In this document: piece after piece, positions 41,992 through 52,049 of the stretch
Position numbering within the stretch: the first letter of the stretch is position 1
How the letters are laid out: each line of letters opens with the position of its first letter
Source of the DNA: an uncultured Gemmatimonadales bacterium
GTDB lineage: Bacteria > Gemmatimonadota > Gemmatimonadetes > Gemmatimonadales > GWC2-71-9
NCBI GenBank assembly: GCA_963825055.1
Contig: CAWGSK010000015.1
Coordinates: 64,001-128,000, forward strand
DNA length: 64,000 nucleotides
Direction: 5' to 3'
Notes under the pieces: model-generated
Seen by the model: the letters and a program-made list of their open reading frames with translations, nothing else
What the model was told of the DNA's origin: nothing
Database searches by the model: none
Made by a program: the position numbers and the translations under genes

Positions 41992-42321
41992 TCAGGAGGT
42001 TCGTGGAGGGGGTGTGTCCGCCGCCGCCGGGCGGGAGTCGGGAGCGGCGATGAAGTCGTCCGTGACCAGGACCTCTGCCATGAAGGCAAGGTCGAGTCCG
42101 GAGACGGTGGCAGGTGCCGTGAAGGTCGCGGGCGCCACCGGGGTGGGAGTGCTGAGGCCGCTGCCACCGGTGTGGCACGGAGCATCATGCATCGCGGCCA
42201 TGTCGTGGCCCGGCCGGCTGAGGCATTGGAGCCGGCACCAGACGGCCTGCTGGCTTGCCAGGAACAGCACGAGCAGCAGTACGCCGGTCCACCGGTTTCG
42301 GCAACGATGCAGCGAGGGCAC
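41992..42321 (-). CDS. Putative metal-sensing leader peptide (DUF2946/CruR/CutF-like)
   Basis: 109 aa: hydrophobic signal-like segment, CRLQC, HDMAAMHDAPCH, C-terminal DTPPPRTS; 98 nt upstream of the porin. Confidence 0.65.
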   Translation of the reverse strand: MPSLHRCRNRWTGVLLLVLFLASQQAVWCRLQCLSRPGHDMAAMHDAPCHTGGSGLSTPTPVAPATFTAPATVSGLDLAFMAEVLVTDDFIAAPDSRPAAADTPPPRTS

Positions 42322-42542
42322 GAACAGGGCTGTCTCCGTAGGGGTCTCAGGTGCTGCAAAATCCCCGCGAGGCCCCTTGGATGTCAACCGCTGTCGTCGG
42401 CAGAGCCGCCTGAGGGGGAGGAGTGCCCCGAGGTTACCACACGGACACGGCTTCCGTCGCCGGCACGGGCGGATTCTCCAGGGAGAGCGCCGCGCGGCCG
42501 CCAGCCTACCGCCCGGTGTCCTCCCCGCCCTATCTTTCCCCC

Positions 42543-44681
42543 ATGGCTACCAAGACAAAATCCCGTTCGCAGGGCCGTTCCCGGCCGGCGTCCCGCCTCG
42601 ACAAGCAGGAACTCCTCGATCTCTACCGCGTGATGCTCCTGTCACGCCGGATTGACGACAAGGAAATCCAGCTCAAGCGCCAGAATAAGATCTTCTTCCA
42701 GATCTCCGGGGCCGGGCACGAGGCTGTCCAGGCGGCGGCGGCGAAGGTTCTCCGTCCTGGCTACGACTGGTTCTACACCTACTACCGGGACCGGGCACTC
42801 TGCATCGGCCTGGGGATGACGGCCACGGAGCAGCTCCTCTCGGCCGTGGGTGCGGCGGACGACCCGAACTCGGGTGGGCGGCAGATGCCATCGCACTGGG
42901 GGCACAAGGACCTCAACATCGTGTCCGCCTCGAGCCCCACGGGTACCCAGTTCCTGCAGGCGGTGGGCGCGGCCGAGGCGTGGCTTCGGTACACGCGGAT
43001 CGAGGGGATCGAGGATCGCGACGAGATGATCCGGGGCGACGAGGTCGTCCTGTGCACCACCGGTGACGGCACCACGAGCGAGGGCGAATTCTGGGAGTCG
43101 CTCAACTCGGCCTGCAACCTGAAGCTGCCGGTCGTCTACCTGGTGGAGGACAATGGGTACGCTATCTCGGTGCCGGTGGAGGTGAACACGGCGGGCGGGT
43201 CCATCTCGAAGCTGGTCGCCTCGTTCCCCGGGCTGCTGGTAGAGGAAGTCGACGGCTGCGACCCGGTCGCCTCGTACGAGGTCATGGCGCGGGCGGTCGA
43301 GTACGCCCGGCAGCGGAAGGGCCCGGCCCTGGTGCACGCTCATGTCATCCGTCCGTACAGCCACAGCCTTTCGGACGATGAAGTCCAGTACCGGCCGCCC
43401 TCGGAGCGGGACCTGGACGCGAAGCGCGACCCGATCGTGACCTTCCCGGCGAGGCTGGTGGAGGAGGGTGTTGCCACCCAGGCGGAGATCGACGCAATCG
43501 TCGCCCAGGTGGAGGAAGAAGTGCAGGTGGCGACCGATACCGCCCTGGCCGCGCCCCAGCCCGGCACTGACACGATCTACCAGTATGTCTATTCCCCGGA
43601 TGTGGATCCTACATCCGAGCAGTTCGATACGGAGGACGATCCGAAATTCACCGGCGACCCCACCACCATGGTGGACCTGCTCAACCTGTGTCTCCGGGAG
43701 GAGATGGCCCGGGATCCCCACATCGTGATGTTCGGCGAGGACGTGGCCGATGCGAGTCGCACGGCCTGCCTCAGCGAGGTGAAGGGGAAGGGCGGTGTCT
43801 TCAAGGTGACCTGGGGGCTGCAGCGGCAGTTCGGCGAGGAGCGGGTGTACAACTCACCCCTGGCCGAGGCCAATATCGTGGGCCGGGCGATCGGCCTCGC
43901 CACGCGTGGCCTCAAGCCGGTGGTCGAGATCCAGTTCTTCGACTACATCTGGCCCGCGTACATGCAGCTCCGGAACGAACTCGCGCTCATGCGCTGGCGC
44001 AGCAACAACGCCTTCAGCGCGCCGGTCGTCGTCCGGACGACCTACGGCGGATACCTGAAGGGCGGGTCGGTTTACCACAGCCAGACCGGTGCGGCGGTCT
44101 TCACCGGCGTCCCGGGCCTCCGGGTCGTATGCCCGGCCACGGCGCTGGATGCGAACGGCCTGCTCCGGACCGCCATCCGCTGCGAGGACCCGGTGCTCTT
44201 CCTGGAGCACAAGCACCTGTACCGGCAGACCTACAACAAGGCGCCGAACCCCGGTCCCAACTTCATGGTCCCCTTCGGCAAGGCACGCGTGGCTCGCGAG
44301 GGTACCGACGTGACCGTGGTGACGTATGGCGCTACGGTGCAGCGCTCCGTGGTGGCGGCGAAGGAGATGGAGGAGGCCGGAGGAGCCAGCGTCGAGGTCA
44401 TCGACCTCCGGTCGCTTTCGCCGGTCGACTGGGAGACCATCGGCGCGTCGATCCGCAAGACGAACAAGGTGGTCGTCGTGTACGAGGACTCGCTGTCATG
44501 GGGGTATGGGGCGGAAATCGCGGCGAAGATCGCCGACGAGTGGTTCGCCTGGCTGGATGCGCCGGTCCGGCGCGTGGCGGCGACGGACACCTTCGTGGCC
44601 TACGCGCCGGAGCTGGAGGACGTGATCCTGCCGCAGGTGGGGAGCATCCGGGCCGCGCTGGAGGAGATCGCGGCCTTCTAG
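42543..44681 (+). CDS. 2-oxoacid dehydrogenase E1, fused alpha/beta subunits (branched-chain type likely)
   Basis: [20 protein letters not shown]…EDNGYAIS ThDP motif, [19 protein letters not shown]. Confidence 0.92.
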   Translation: MATKTKSRSQGRSRPASRLDKQELLDLYRVMLLSRRIDDKEIQLKRQNKIFFQISGAGHEAVQAAAAKVLRPGYDWFYTYYRDRALCIGLGMTATEQLLSAVGAADDPNSGGRQMPSHWGHKDLNIVSASSPTGTQFLQAVGAAEAWLRYTRIEGIEDRDEMIRGDEVVLCTTGDGTTSEGEFWESLNSACNLKLPVVYLVEDNGYAISVPVEVNTAGGSISKLVASFPGLLVEEVDGCDPVASYEVMARAVEYARQRKGPALVHAHVIRPYSHSLSDDEVQYRPPSERDLDAKRDPIVTFPARLVEEGVATQAEIDAIVAQVEEEVQVATDTALAAPQPGTDTIYQYVYSPDVDPTSEQFDTEDDPKFTGDPTTMVDLLNLCLREEMARDPHIVMFGEDVADASRTACLSEVKGKGGVFKVTWGLQRQFGEERVYNSPLAEANIVGRAIGLATRGLKPVVEIQFFDYIWPAYMQLRNELALMRWRSNNAFSAPVVVRTTYGGYLKGGSVYHSQTGAAVFTGVPGLRVVCPATALDANGLLRTAIRCEDPVLFLEHKHLYRQTYNKAPNPGPNFMVPFGKARVAREGTDVTVVTYGATVQRSVVAAKEMEEAGGASVEVIDLRSLSPVDWETIGASIRKTNKVVVVYEDSLSWGYGAEIAAKIADEWFAWLDAPVRRVAATDTFVAYAPELEDVILPQVGSIRAALEEIAAF

Positions 44682-46622
44682 CTACTGCATCGCCTCCCGG
44701 ACTTCGCTGGCTGCCTCGATGGCGTAGCCGACCTCCCGGCTCAGCGCGCGGGCCTGCTGGGTGGCGTTGGCAAGGTCGCCCATTGCGCTGTCGGTCTCGG
44801 ACGACCGCAGGCGGACCATGTCCCAGCGGACGTTCTGCATCGCCATGAGGCACGAATCGAGGTGTCGCATCACCTGGTCCCGCTGTTCCTGCAGCTGGGC
44901 CAGTTTGGTTTTCCGGGATTCCAGCAGGCGCAGCCGACGCTCCCGCTCCTCGTCGTCCGGCTCCCGCCGGATCGCCGCAATCCGGGCGTCCATCGCATCG
45001 ACCCCCTCGGGATCGAGGTTCGAGTCGATGATGTGCAGCGTGCGGGCGAGCTCCGTGGCGCGCTGCAGCAGCGCGTCCACCGTCCTGACCACGTCGTCGG
45101 GCAGCAGCGCCTTCTCCGTGGGTGACATGCGCTCCATCAGCTTCAGGATGTTCGTCCGGTCGATCTGGGCCTGGCGGATGGCCGCGAGGTGCGTGCCGAA
45201 CTCCCCCGTGGTCGGGGCGGGGAGCTGCCGCGGCAGTTGGCCGCCGCCCGAGAGCGTCTTCTCGATGGAATCCTGCGCCGGCGGCCTGTTCAGCACGTCC
45301 CGCCAGCTGTAGCCCTGCTGCCAGAGCCGGGCGTAGTTCCGGAGCAGCCCGATCGCCATCCCGCCGGCGGGAAAGAGGAACCACGGCGTGTCGAGCCCGG
45401 TCGCGATGTTCAGCATGAACAGGCCACCCGAAATCGCGGCCCAGCGCGCGAACTGGTTCCGCACCACCTGGACGATCTTGGGTTCGCCCGTGTCCGGGAC
45501 CGGATGTTCGTCGGTGTCCTTGTGCCTGAGCGAGCGGCGCTGGCTGCGGTCGCGATAGCGGTCCAGCCCCCCACCGCGCGCGCCCCGGGCGGAGGGGCGG
45601 GCGCTTCCCCGGTCCGTGAGCCGGTCGGGGCGCCCGAGCCGGTCGGGGCGGCCGGGACGGTCAGAGCCGGCACGGTCACGGGAAGTGCGTGATGTCCCGG
45701 CCGTACGGGAGGTGCGTGAACGGCTGGTCGCGCGGCTCGCGCCAGTGGGGCGGTAGCCGGTGACGGTGCGATTCTCCAGGGCACGCCGGAGCGCATCCGC
45801 CGTGGGCCACCGGTTCTCCGGGTCTTTCTCCAGGCAACGGCTGATCGCGAGTGTCAGGTCCTCGGGGAGGTCGCGCCGGAGGTCGCTCGCCGGCGGGGCG
45901 ACCTCCGTGATCTGCTTCATCAGGATGCCCGCCACCGTCGGCGCGCTGAACGGCACCTCTCCCGTGGCCATCTGGTATGACACGATCCCAAGGCTGTACA
46001 GGTCCGACCGCCCGTCGATCTCCCGCTCTCCTGCTGCCTGCTCCGGGCTCATGTAGGCCGGCGTGCCGAGGGCCATCCCGGCGCTGGTCAGGGTCGCGCC
46101 GCTGACGGACGAGAGGGCCTTGGCGATCCCGAAGTCAGTGACCATGACCCGGCCGCGGGTGCCCTCGAGCAGGATATTGTCCGGCTTGATGTCCCGGTGC
46201 ACGATGCTGAGCGAATGGGCGGCTCCCAGCGCGTCCGCGGTTTCTTTCATGATCCGGCGGACTTCCTCGGGGGGCAGCTGCTCGCGGCGTTTGAGCCTGG
46301 CGGAGAGCGACTCACCCTCGACGAGCCCCATGACGAAATAGACGAGGGCGTTGCCCTCGCCGACGTTGTAGATCGGCACGACGTGTGGGTGGGAAATCCG
46401 CGCCGCAGTCTGGGCCTCGCGGGTGAACCGCTCGCGAATATCCGCCTGGAAGGCCAGTTCCGGCGGCAGGACTTTTATGGCAACGCGACGCTTCAGCCGT
46501 TCGTCACGGGCGCGGTACACCACGCCCATGCCGCCACGGCCAATTTCGCCTTCGATTGTGAAGGCGTCGCCCAACGCGTCGGCCAGACGTGCGGCCAACG
46601 GTCGGTCAGCGTACTCCGTCAT
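44682..46622 (-). CDS. Hanks-type Ser/Thr kinase with 2TM hairpin and C-terminal coiled-coil domain
   Basis: GRGGMG, VAIK, HRDIKPDN, DFG, GTPAYMSPE; WAAISGGLFMLN…PWFLFP TM pair; helical tail. Confidence 0.9.
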   Translation of the reverse strand: MTEYADRPLAARLADALGDAFTIEGEIGRGGMGVVYRARDERLKRRVAIKVLPPELAFQADIRERFTREAQTAARISHPHVVPIYNVGEGNALVYFVMGLVEGESLSARLKRREQLPPEEVRRIMKETADALGAAHSLSIVHRDIKPDNILLEGTRGRVMVTDFGIAKALSSVSGATLTSAGMALGTPAYMSPEQAAGEREIDGRSDLYSLGIVSYQMATGEVPFSAPTVAGILMKQITEVAPPASDLRRDLPEDLTLAISRCLEKDPENRWPTADALRRALENRTVTGYRPTGASRATSRSRTSRTAGTSRTSRDRAGSDRPGRPDRLGRPDRLTDRGSARPSARGARGGGLDRYRDRSQRRSLRHKDTDEHPVPDTGEPKIVQVVRNQFARWAAISGGLFMLNIATGLDTPWFLFPAGGMAIGLLRNYARLWQQGYSWRDVLNRPPAQDSIEKTLSGGGQLPRQLPAPTTGEFGTHLAAIRQAQIDRTNILKLMERMSPTEKALLPDDVVRTVDALLQRATELARTLHIIDSNLDPEGVDAMDARIAAIRREPDDEERERRLRLLESRKTKLAQLQEQRDQVMRHLDSCLMAMQNVRWDMVRLRSSETDSAMGDLANATQQARALSREVGYAIEAASEVREAMQ

Positions 46623-46690
46623 GGGATATCCGCGTCACGGGTATAGATTTAGCAACCTGCTGCCGGGACGGCAACCGGACAAGGGGTGAG

Positions 46691-46873
46691 CAGGGCGGAC
46701 AGGACGGATAGGACGGACAGGGCGGACAGGGCGGACAGGGCGGACAGAGGTACGGGGCCGAGGGGACGGAGCGGACTCTCGGCCCGTCACGACTCAACCA
46801 CTCAACCACCCAACCACCCCGATACCCGACCCCCGACATCGGACTGCCCACCGACCGCTCCCTGTTCCCTGCC
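46691..46873. repeat. (GGCGGACAG)n array, hairpin, then C-rich 7-8-mer array
   Basis: Six 9-mer units at 46691-46747; GGGCCGAG…CTCGGCCC stem at about 46755-46785; ACTCAACC/CCCGA units after it. Confidence 0.8.
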
Positions 46874-46999
46874 TTAATGGCACAACCTGCCGTACCCGCA
46901 GACGGTGCATATGCCACGGGACGTGAGTCAGGACACGGCTCCGGATGACCCAAAGCCCCAACTATTTATCTCGTAGTGTTTTAGGAGTTTCGGCCTCCA

Positions 47000-47015
47000 T
47001 GGCATGCCTCCTGCT
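47000..47015 (+). promoter_or_regulatory. Putative sigma54 -24/-12 promoter of lon
   Basis: TGGCATGCCTCCTGCT has exact GG-N10-GC spacing, 50 nt before the ATG, preceded by an AT-rich tract. Confidence 0.55.
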
Positions 47016-47064
47016 GGTTCAGTACTGAACGGCTTTCGTATCCTCAACGGGATTGGACGCATAA

Positions 47065-49608
47065 ATGACTGAACGACTGACGCTGCCCGTGCTGCCTCTC
47101 CGCGAGGTGGTGCTCTTCCCCGGGGTGACCGCGCCCATCGGCGCCGGGCGTCCCGGCACCCTGCGCGCCATCGAGGCCGCGCTCGCCACACCCGAAAAAC
47201 TGATCTTTGCCGTCTCCCAGCGGGAGAACAACGAGCAGGTCACCCCGGAAGTGCTGTACACGATCGGGACCGTGGCCCGCATCGGCCAGCTCCAGCGGGG
47301 CCTCGCCGGAATGCAGCTGCTGATCCATGGCGAGAAGCGCGGCATTGCGATGCACTATAGTGACAAGGAGGGGTACCTCCAGGCCATCGTCCGCGAGGCC
47401 GAGGAGATGCTTCCACTCAACGACCAGGACCCCGCCTTCGTGGCGCTCCACCGCGAGGTGCGGAGCCGCGCGGGCGAGCTGGGCCAGAAGTCGGGCCTGC
47501 CCGAGGAGGTAGTCCAGCAGGTCCTCGCGGGCGTGAATGACCCCGGTCGCTTCGCCGACCTCATCGCGGGTTACATCGACATCACCCCGGCTCAGCGGCA
47601 GATGCTGCTCGAGACGTTGTCGGTGGAGGAACGGCTCCGCCGGGTACTGGTGCACGTGCAGCGCCAGATCAGTGTCCTGGATGCCCAGGAGGACATCAAG
47701 TCCCGGGTCCAGGAGGAGCTGGGCGAGCGCCAGCGCGAGATGTTCCTTCGTGAGCAGCTCAAGACCATCCGCCGGGAACTCGGCGAGGACGACGACCGGG
47801 ACGACCTCGAGGAACTGCGCGAGAAGATCGCGATGCTCGGCCTCCCCGAGGCGGCTCGGAAAGAGGTGGACCGCGAACTGGGACGGCTTGGCCGGATCGG
47901 CCGCGAGTCCATGGAATCCCAGGTCATCCGCACCTATCTCGAGAACATCGCGGAGCTGCCCTGGAACATCCGCAGCAACGACCACCTCGACATTCCCCGG
48001 GCCCAGGAAATCCTGGACGAGGATCACTACGGCCTGAACGACGTGAAGGACCGGGTGCTGGAGTACCTCGCGGTGCGCCAGCTCCGCAACTCCCTGGCCG
48101 GCCGCGAGAATGGCCCGGAGGCCGTCCCGCCCGCTCCCGCCGATGATACGGAGGAGAAGGCGTCGGAGCCCGGGGAGAAGCCGGCGGCCCAGCCCGCGGG
48201 GCCTACGGCGGAAACGCCGATCCCGGGCAACGAGGACGACAAGATCGCCAAGGGACCCATCCTGCTGTTCGTCGGGCCTCCGGGCGTCGGCAAGACGTCC
48301 ATCGCCAAGAGCATCGCGCGGGCCATGGGGCGTGAGTACGTCCGGATTTCCCTGGGCGGCGCGCGCGACGAGGCGGACATCCGCGGCCACCGGCGCACCT
48401 ACGTGGGCGCGATGCCCGGCCGGATCATCCAGGGGATGAAGCAGGCCGGTACCAAGAACCCCGTCTTCCTGCTCGACGAGGTGGACAAGCTCAGCGTGTC
48501 ATTCCAGGGCGACCCGGCCAGCGCGCTCCTCGAGGTGCTGGATCCGGCCCAGAACGACAGCTTCACCGATCACTACCTCGGGGTGCCGTTCGACCTCAGC
48601 GAGGTGCTGTTCATCTGCACCGCGAATTTCATCCAGAACATCCCGTCGCCGCTCCTGGACCGGATGGAAGTAGTGGACTTCCTGGGCTACACCGAGCGGG
48701 AGAAGCTCGCCATTGCGCGGAGCTACCTGCTGCCGCGGCAGCTCCTCGAGAACGGCCTGACCACCGAGCAGCTCGAGATCAACGACGAGGCCATCGGACA
48801 GGTCATCACCCGGTACACCCGTGAGTCGGGCGTCCGGCAGCTCGAGCGCGAGCTCGGCAAGCTGGCCCGCAAGGTGGCGCGCCGTATCGCCTCGAACGAC
48901 ATCGAACGGTTGTCGGTGGACGCGGAGCTGGTGGACGACCTGCTCGGCCGCCCGCGGGTGCATCCCGAGGAGGCAGCCGGCGAGGACCAGGTGGGCGTCG
49001 CCACGGGCATGTATTACACGCCGACCGGCGGCGACATCATGTTCGTCGAGGCCAGCACCATGCGTGGCAAGGGTGACCTCGTCCTGACCGGGCAGCTCGG
49101 TGACGTCATGAAGGAATCGGCGCGCGCGGCGTGGACCTATGCCCGCTCGCACGCGGGCGGACTCCACATCAAGGAGGACATGTTCGATCGCGACGTGCAC
49201 ATCCACGTGCCCGCAGGAGCCGTCCCGAAGGAAGGGCCTTCTGCCGGCGTCGCCATGGCCACCGCCCTGGTCTCGGCGCTGTCCGGCCGACCGGTGCGGC
49301 ACGACGTGGCCATGACGGGGGAAATCACCCTGCGGGGACGGGTGCTGCCCATCGGTGGCGTGAAGGAGAAGGTGCTCGGCGCACTTCGCGCCGGCATCAC
49401 CACGGTCCTGCTGCCGAAGAAGAACGAAGCGGACCTGGAGGACCTCTCTGACGAGATCCGGTCCCGGCTCTCACTGCACCTGGTGGAGGAACTGGGCGAG
49501 GTCCTGGCCCTGACCCTCCGGGGCGCATCATTCCGCGAGGGCCGCCTGCTCTTCGGCGACGAGAATCCGCGCGATGTCGAGCCTCTCGCGATGAGTTTCC
49601 CGCACTAG
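47065..49608 (+). CDS. lon: ATP-dependent Lon protease
   Basis: LPVLPLR N-domain, [46 protein letters not shown]. Confidence 0.97.
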   Translation: MTERLTLPVLPLREVVLFPGVTAPIGAGRPGTLRAIEAALATPEKLIFAVSQRENNEQVTPEVLYTIGTVARIGQLQRGLAGMQLLIHGEKRGIAMHYSDKEGYLQAIVREAEEMLPLNDQDPAFVALHREVRSRAGELGQKSGLPEEVVQQVLAGVNDPGRFADLIAGYIDITPAQRQMLLETLSVEERLRRVLVHVQRQISVLDAQEDIKSRVQEELGERQREMFLREQLKTIRRELGEDDDRDDLEELREKIAMLGLPEAARKEVDRELGRLGRIGRESMESQVIRTYLENIAELPWNIRSNDHLDIPRAQEILDEDHYGLNDVKDRVLEYLAVRQLRNSLAGRENGPEAVPPAPADDTEEKASEPGEKPAAQPAGPTAETPIPGNEDDKIAKGPILLFVGPPGVGKTSIAKSIARAMGREYVRISLGGARDEADIRGHRRTYVGAMPGRIIQGMKQAGTKNPVFLLDEVDKLSVSFQGDPASALLEVLDPAQNDSFTDHYLGVPFDLSEVLFICTANFIQNIPSPLLDRMEVVDFLGYTEREKLAIARSYLLPRQLLENGLTTEQLEINDEAIGQVITRYTRESGVRQLERELGKLARKVARRIASNDIERLSVDAELVDDLLGRPRVHPEEAAGEDQVGVATGMYYTPTGGDIMFVEASTMRGKGDLVLTGQLGDVMKESARAAWTYARSHAGGLHIKEDMFDRDVHIHVPAGAVPKEGPSAGVAMATALVSALSGRPVRHDVAMTGEITLRGRVLPIGGVKEKVLGALRAGITTVLLPKKNEADLEDLSDEIRSRLSLHLVEELGEVLALTLRGASFREGRLLFGDENPRDVEPLAMSFPH

Positions 49609-49610
49609 AG

Positions 49611-49740
49611 GGTCGAAGGTCGAAGGTCGAAGTAAGAGAGGTCGGGAGTCCGTGAGGATTCCCGACCTCTTACTTTCCCGCCTCCCGCCTCCCGCCTCCC
49701 GCCTTCCTGTTACCCGTTCCCCGTTCCCTCTTCCCGCTCT
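49611..49740. terminator. Hairpin (probable bidirectional terminator) flanked by (GGTCGAA)3 and (TCCCGCC)n arrays
   Basis: GTAAGAG(AG)GTCGGGA…TCCCGACCTCTTAC stem followed by TTT, between convergent lon and DGC genes. Confidence 0.7.
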
Positions 49741-51341
49741 TCCTCATCATACTCCGATCGATCCCTCCCCAGGCTCTTTGCCCGGTAGAGCCCCCGGTCC
49801 GCCGCACCAACCAGCATCGCCGCGTTCCAGCCATCCTCCGGATAACTCGCCACGCCGATGCTTACCGAAAGCGGGAGAGTCTCGCCGGTGGCCGTGACGG
49901 CGGGCTGCGTCGCGATGGTCTGTCGCAGCTTCTCGGCCAGGATCCAGGCCCCCACCCGGTCGCTCCGCTGCAGGATGAGCCCGAATTCCTCACCCCCGTA
50001 ACGGCCGATCAGGTCGCTGGCGCGCACCGTGTCGCGCAGCACCCGCGCGAGGTGCACCAGCACCTGGTCGCCGGCCATGTGGCCATGCTGGTCGTTCACC
50101 CGCTTGAAATGGTCCACGTCGATCATGAGGAACCCGAACGGCTCGGAATGCCGGTGCCCGTACTCGACCGCATGCTGCAGCTCCGCCCGGAGCGTTGCGT
50201 GGTTGAGCAGGCCGGTGAGCCCGTCCCGGTGCACCATTTCCCGGATCCGCCGGCTCCGCTCCGCGCGGCTCAGCACGAGTTGCAGCACAAGCGTGCCGTC
50301 GAGGGGACGGGGAACGTAGTCGTCCGCCCCGGCCCGAATGGCCTCGACCTCATCCGCCACGTCGCTGGCATTGGCGAGGTAGATGATCGGGAGAAGGGGA
50401 AAGCGCGGGTCCTGCCGGATCAGGCGTGCCACGGTGAGGCCGGTCGAGCCAGGCAGGTCGGTGTCGAGGATCAGCAGGTCAGGCATCCGTTCCTGCACGA
50501 CGTCCCGCGCCCGGAGCGGGTCAGCCACCTGGGTCACCTCGACGTTCGCCTCGAACAGCCACTCCCGGATCTGCCGGCTCTCGGGGGATTCCCGCTGGAC
50601 CAGGACGACACGCGCGGGCGGCGCGCCGATCCGGCTCAGGGTCTTGGCAAAGGGAGGGAGGTGCAGCTCCGCATCGGCGCGGTCGAGCACGACGTCGATC
50701 CCCGACGAGACGGCCCGCATCCGGTCCACCGTATTCACGTCATCGATCAGGACAATCCCGCGGGGCCGCATACCGCGCCGGGTGAACCAGGCGGCAGCGG
50801 TCGCGTACGGGTCCGCACCGGGATCCCCGCCAAGCAGGACCACCAGATCCGGCGTGCCGGTGAGGGGAATTTCCTCCGGGGCGTCGCTGCCGGTCCGACT
50901 GGTCACCTCATAGCCGCACTCCATCAGTATCGCCGAAAGCGCATCGCGTTCGCGGCCCTCCAGGCCGAGGAGGCGAGCGCGCCATGTGAACGCTGGGGGA
51001 TGCAGGGGCTGGGTATCGGCCGGCAGGTCGGCGCCGGCCACGTCGAAGGCCTGCGTGAGTTCCTCGATGGCTCCGGCCACCAGGTCGGCATCCGGGGGGC
51101 TTTCGTCCTTCCCCCTGAGCAGCCGCTCCATTCCGCGGGCGATGGCGCTCACCTCGGGGAACCCGTAGGAGCCGCCCGAGCCCGCCAGCCGGTGGAACCT
51201 GCCGGCCAGCGATTCGGCCGCGCCCGCCTCGCCGGCGCGGAACGCGCGGAGGTCCTTCTGGAGTTCGGTGATTCGCGCGGGAGCATCGGCCAGGTACTCC
51301 CGGCGCAGCGTCTGGAGCACCGCCTCCAGGGTGTCGTTCAC
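49710..51341 (-). CDS. Hpt-REC-GGDEF diguanylate cyclase
   Basis: FHRLAGSGGSYG (Hpt), LILDTDLPG (REC), DGLTGLLN, DVDHFKRVND, RASD I-site, RYGGEEF. Confidence 0.9.
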   Translation of the reverse strand: MNDTLEAVLQTLRREYLADAPARITELQKDLRAFRAGEAGAAESLAGRFHRLAGSGGSYGFPEVSAIARGMERLLRGKDESPPDADLVAGAIEELTQAFDVAGADLPADTQPLHPPAFTWRARLLGLEGRERDALSAILMECGYEVTSRTGSDAPEEIPLTGTPDLVVLLGGDPGADPYATAAAWFTRRGMRPRGIVLIDDVNTVDRMRAVSSGIDVVLDRADAELHLPPFAKTLSRIGAPPARVVLVQRESPESRQIREWLFEANVEVTQVADPLRARDVVQERMPDLLILDTDLPGSTGLTVARLIRQDPRFPLLPIIYLANASDVADEVEAIRAGADDYVPRPLDGTLVLQLVLSRAERSRRIREMVHRDGLTGLLNHATLRAELQHAVEYGHRHSEPFGFLMIDVDHFKRVNDQHGHMAGDQVLVHLARVLRDTVRASDLIGRYGGEEFGLILQRSDRVGAWILAEKLRQTIATQPAVTATGETLPLSVSIGVASYPEDGWNAAMLVGAADRGLYRAKSLGRDRSEYDEEEREEGTGNG

Positions 51342-52024
51342 GATTCCTGCACCAGGCGCTCGAAGGCCAGGCGCGCGCCCGCCACGAACGCGGGCATCGA
51401 GCTCCAGTGGCCGGTGACTTCGTCGCCGTGCCGGTCAGCCAGGAGGGCCACGCGGTCATCCACGATCGAGATGAGAGGGCTTCCTGGCCACCGGGTTTCG
51501 ACGCTGATCCGGGCCACCGTGGCGAACGAGAGGGAAGCTTCGTCAGGCGAGGCGAGTTGAACCTCCAGGCCGGCAGACACCGCCCGGCGCAGGATCGGGC
51601 CGAGAATGGGGTAGGCATCCTTCGGCGCAACGAGCCGGACCGATGTTTCCGCCCGTCCGAGATCATGCGATATGACGCGAAGTGCGCCGCGTCCAGTATC
51701 TATCGCGATCAGCGTGGGGCTTGGGGGAAGGGAAATCTCCAGGAGGGTATCCCGGAGCGCGTCCAGGGCACGGCTCTGGTCCAGCGACAGCCGCGCCACC
51801 AGCGCGTCCGGCGGCTCGGGCCAGAACTGCTTCGGCCGTCCGTCCTCCATCCGCGCTGCACCCTTGGCCACCAGGCCCTCGAGCGCGCTGTAGACATTCG
51901 CCCGCGCGAGTCCTGCGGACTGCGCCAGGGCATAGCCTGTGCCCGGGCCGTGCGTGATGAGCACCTCATACAGGCGACTCTCCGTCGGCGTGAAACCGAA
52001 CGGCGTCAGGTCTACGGATGACAT
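51338..52024 (-). CDS. TrmB-family transcriptional regulator
   Basis: FGFTPTESRLYEVL…GYALAQSAGLARANVYSALEGLVAKG wHTH; C-terminal effector domain (SIVDDRVALL). Confidence 0.85.
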   Translation of the reverse strand: MSSVDLTPFGFTPTESRLYEVLITHGPGTGYALAQSAGLARANVYSALEGLVAKGAARMEDGRPKQFWPEPPDALVARLSLDQSRALDALRDTLLEISLPPSPTLIAIDTGRGALRVISHDLGRAETSVRLVAPKDAYPILGPILRRAVSAGLEVQLASPDEASLSFATVARISVETRWPGSPLISIVDDRVALLADRHGDEVTGHWSSMPAFVAGARLAFERLVQES

Positions 52025-52027
52025 GGT

Positions 52028-52043
52028 AGTAGTTTGTGCTACT
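52028..52043. promoter_or_regulatory. Inverted repeat AGTAG-N6-CTACT, candidate TrmB operator
   Basis: Perfect 5-bp arms 3 nt upstream of the trmB ATG, in an AT-rich patch. Confidence 0.45.
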
Positions 52044-52049
52044 GATAGC

